A stretch of 64,000 nt of DNA from an uncultured Dehalococcoidales bacterium (lineage in GTDB: Bacteria; Chloroflexota; Dehalococcoidia; E44-bin15). The stretch lies in assembly GCA_964428725.1 (NCBI GenBank), contig CAYRYW010000003.1, positions 2,465-66,464 on the forward strand, given 5' to 3'. A model generated the notes under the pieces. It had not been told where the DNA came from and ran no database searches. It was given only the letters and a program-made list of their open reading frames with translations. The position numbers and the translations under genes were made by a program. Below, piece by piece: positions 63,152 through 64,000 of the stretch. Within the stretch, counting starts at the first letter, position 1, and every line of letters begins with the position of its first letter.

Positions 63152-64000
63152 ATGAAATATAAAAACATAACACTCAAGCTCGATGGCAAGATTGCCACCA
63201 TAACCCTCAACCGCCCGGACAAGCTGAACGCCATGAACGATGAGATGTTTCGCGACCTGCGCAAGGCGCTGGACAAGGTCAAGCGTGACTTCGAATCGAT
63301 CGTGGTGGTGATCAAGGGCGCCGGCACGTCTTTCTGCGCCGGGCAGGACCTCAGCGGTGCAGGAACGGAACAGGTGGCGCCCCCCAATCCGCGGGACAAG
63401 ACCTACATGGCCGAGCTGTTTTCCATGTCGCTGCAGAACCAGAGCGTGTGGCAGTACTTCTTCGAGTTCCCCAAGATAACCGTGGCGCAGGTGCACGGAT
63501 ACTGCCTGGGCATGGGGCTGGACCTGGCAATGTCCTGCCGCGCTATCATCTGCACTGATGATGCCGTGTTCGGAGACCCGTCGGTGCGTATGGGCATCGC
63601 CTCGCCCAACCCGCTGTGGACCTTCCGCGTCGGACTGAAGAAGTCCAAGGAGCTGCTGCTCACCGGAAAATATATAGACGGCAGGGAGGCGGAGAAGATC
63701 GGTCTGGCGATGAAGTCCGTCCCCGCCGACAAGCTGGAGGAGACCATGGCCGTCGAGGTCGAGTCATTCTCCAAGTCGACGGGCATTGGAGGCTGGGACC
63801 AGATGGCGGACTTCTGGTGCTACAACATGGCGGTGATGGACCTGGCAGGGCTGGCAGCCGGGCGGCGCATGGCTGGCAATGTCAACGTCCTCAGCGCCGT
63901 GCAGCGCCCGGGGCGCAGCCTGATCGACCGGGGCGGCCTCGACTTCTGCAAGACGCGCGATGAGAAGGGGCTCAAGGCAGCCATAGAAGAGCGGGACGCC
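63152..64000 (+). CDS. Enoyl-CoA hydratase/isomerase family protein (3' end outside window)
   Basis: Read by hand (absent from the ORF track because no stop lies in the window). MKYKNITLKLDGKIATITLNRPDKLNAM ... KGAGTSFCAGQDL ... AQVHGYCLGMGLDLAM. 283 codons are open to the window end. Confidence 0.8.
   Translation, partial: MKYKNITLKLDGKIATITLNRPDKLNAMNDEMFRDLRKALDKVKRDFESIVVVIKGAGTSFCAGQDLSGAGTEQVAPPNPRDKTYMAELFSMSLQNQSVWQYFFEFPKITVAQVHGYCLGMGLDLAMSCRAIICTDDAVFGDPSVRMGIASPNPLWTFRVGLKKSKELLLTGKYIDGREAEKIGLAMKSVPADKLEETMAVEVESFSKSTGIGGWDQMADFWCYNMAVMDLAGLAAGRRMAGNVNVLSAVQRPGRSLIDRGGLDFCKTRDEKGLKAAIEERDA

Noticed and set aside
1-64000. CRISPR arrays, rRNA genes, integrases/recombinases, or known anti-phage defence cassettes
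   Set aside because: There are no regularly spaced direct repeats with unique spacers and no rRNA-like sequence. No protein carries integrase, Cas, cyclase-effector (CBASS-type) or restriction-modification motifs. The only toxin-type module is hicAB.

Overview
High-GC (about 60% by eye, not computed) bacterial chromosomal segment. Gene content and order fit a Chloroflexota-like organism, but that taxonomy is inference only. The evidence is remA-gmk, an ilvD-ilvBN-ilvC-leuA-leuCD-leuB-cimA supraoperon, larE-larC, and radA/clpC.

Three blocks:
(1) 1-28.6 kb is housekeeping. It holds nucleotide and branched-chain amino-acid biosynthesis, tRNA-Thr(CGU), an AT-rich J-domain/zinc-ribbon gene, small membrane proteins, an IS200-like Y1 (RAYT-type) transposase with an internal microsatellite, Lar (NPN cofactor) genes, RadA and ClpC.
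(2) 28.8-44.5 kb is a minus-strand c-di-GMP/two-component supercluster. It has one PAS histidine kinase, five receiver domains, two GGDEF cyclases (one inside a 2253-aa REC-PAS10-GAF-GGDEF-HD-GYP protein), two HD-GYP domains, a small HTH protein and a secreted beta-propeller protein. At its 5' end is a consensus sigma70-type promoter followed by three tandem elements that I read as c-di-GMP-I (GEMM-I) riboswitch aptamers. Two have their own terminators and one abuts the Shine-Dalgarno of the propeller gene. This is the most interesting feature of the window.
(3) 44.6-64 kb is a catabolic island. It holds acetone/acetophenone-carboxylase-like acxABC, an Isf-type flavoprotein, two 4-hydroxybutyrate-type CoA-transferases, a DHA2 MFS transporter, hicAB, two crotonases, an SDR, an HMG-CoA-synthase-like/DUF35 fusion, an SCP-x-type thiolase and two family III CoA-transferases.

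No CRISPR array, rRNA or integrase was seen. Many long ORFs in the supplied track are antisense shadows of real genes, as is typical of high-GC DNA. All homology calls come from motif recognition by eye, not from database searches.
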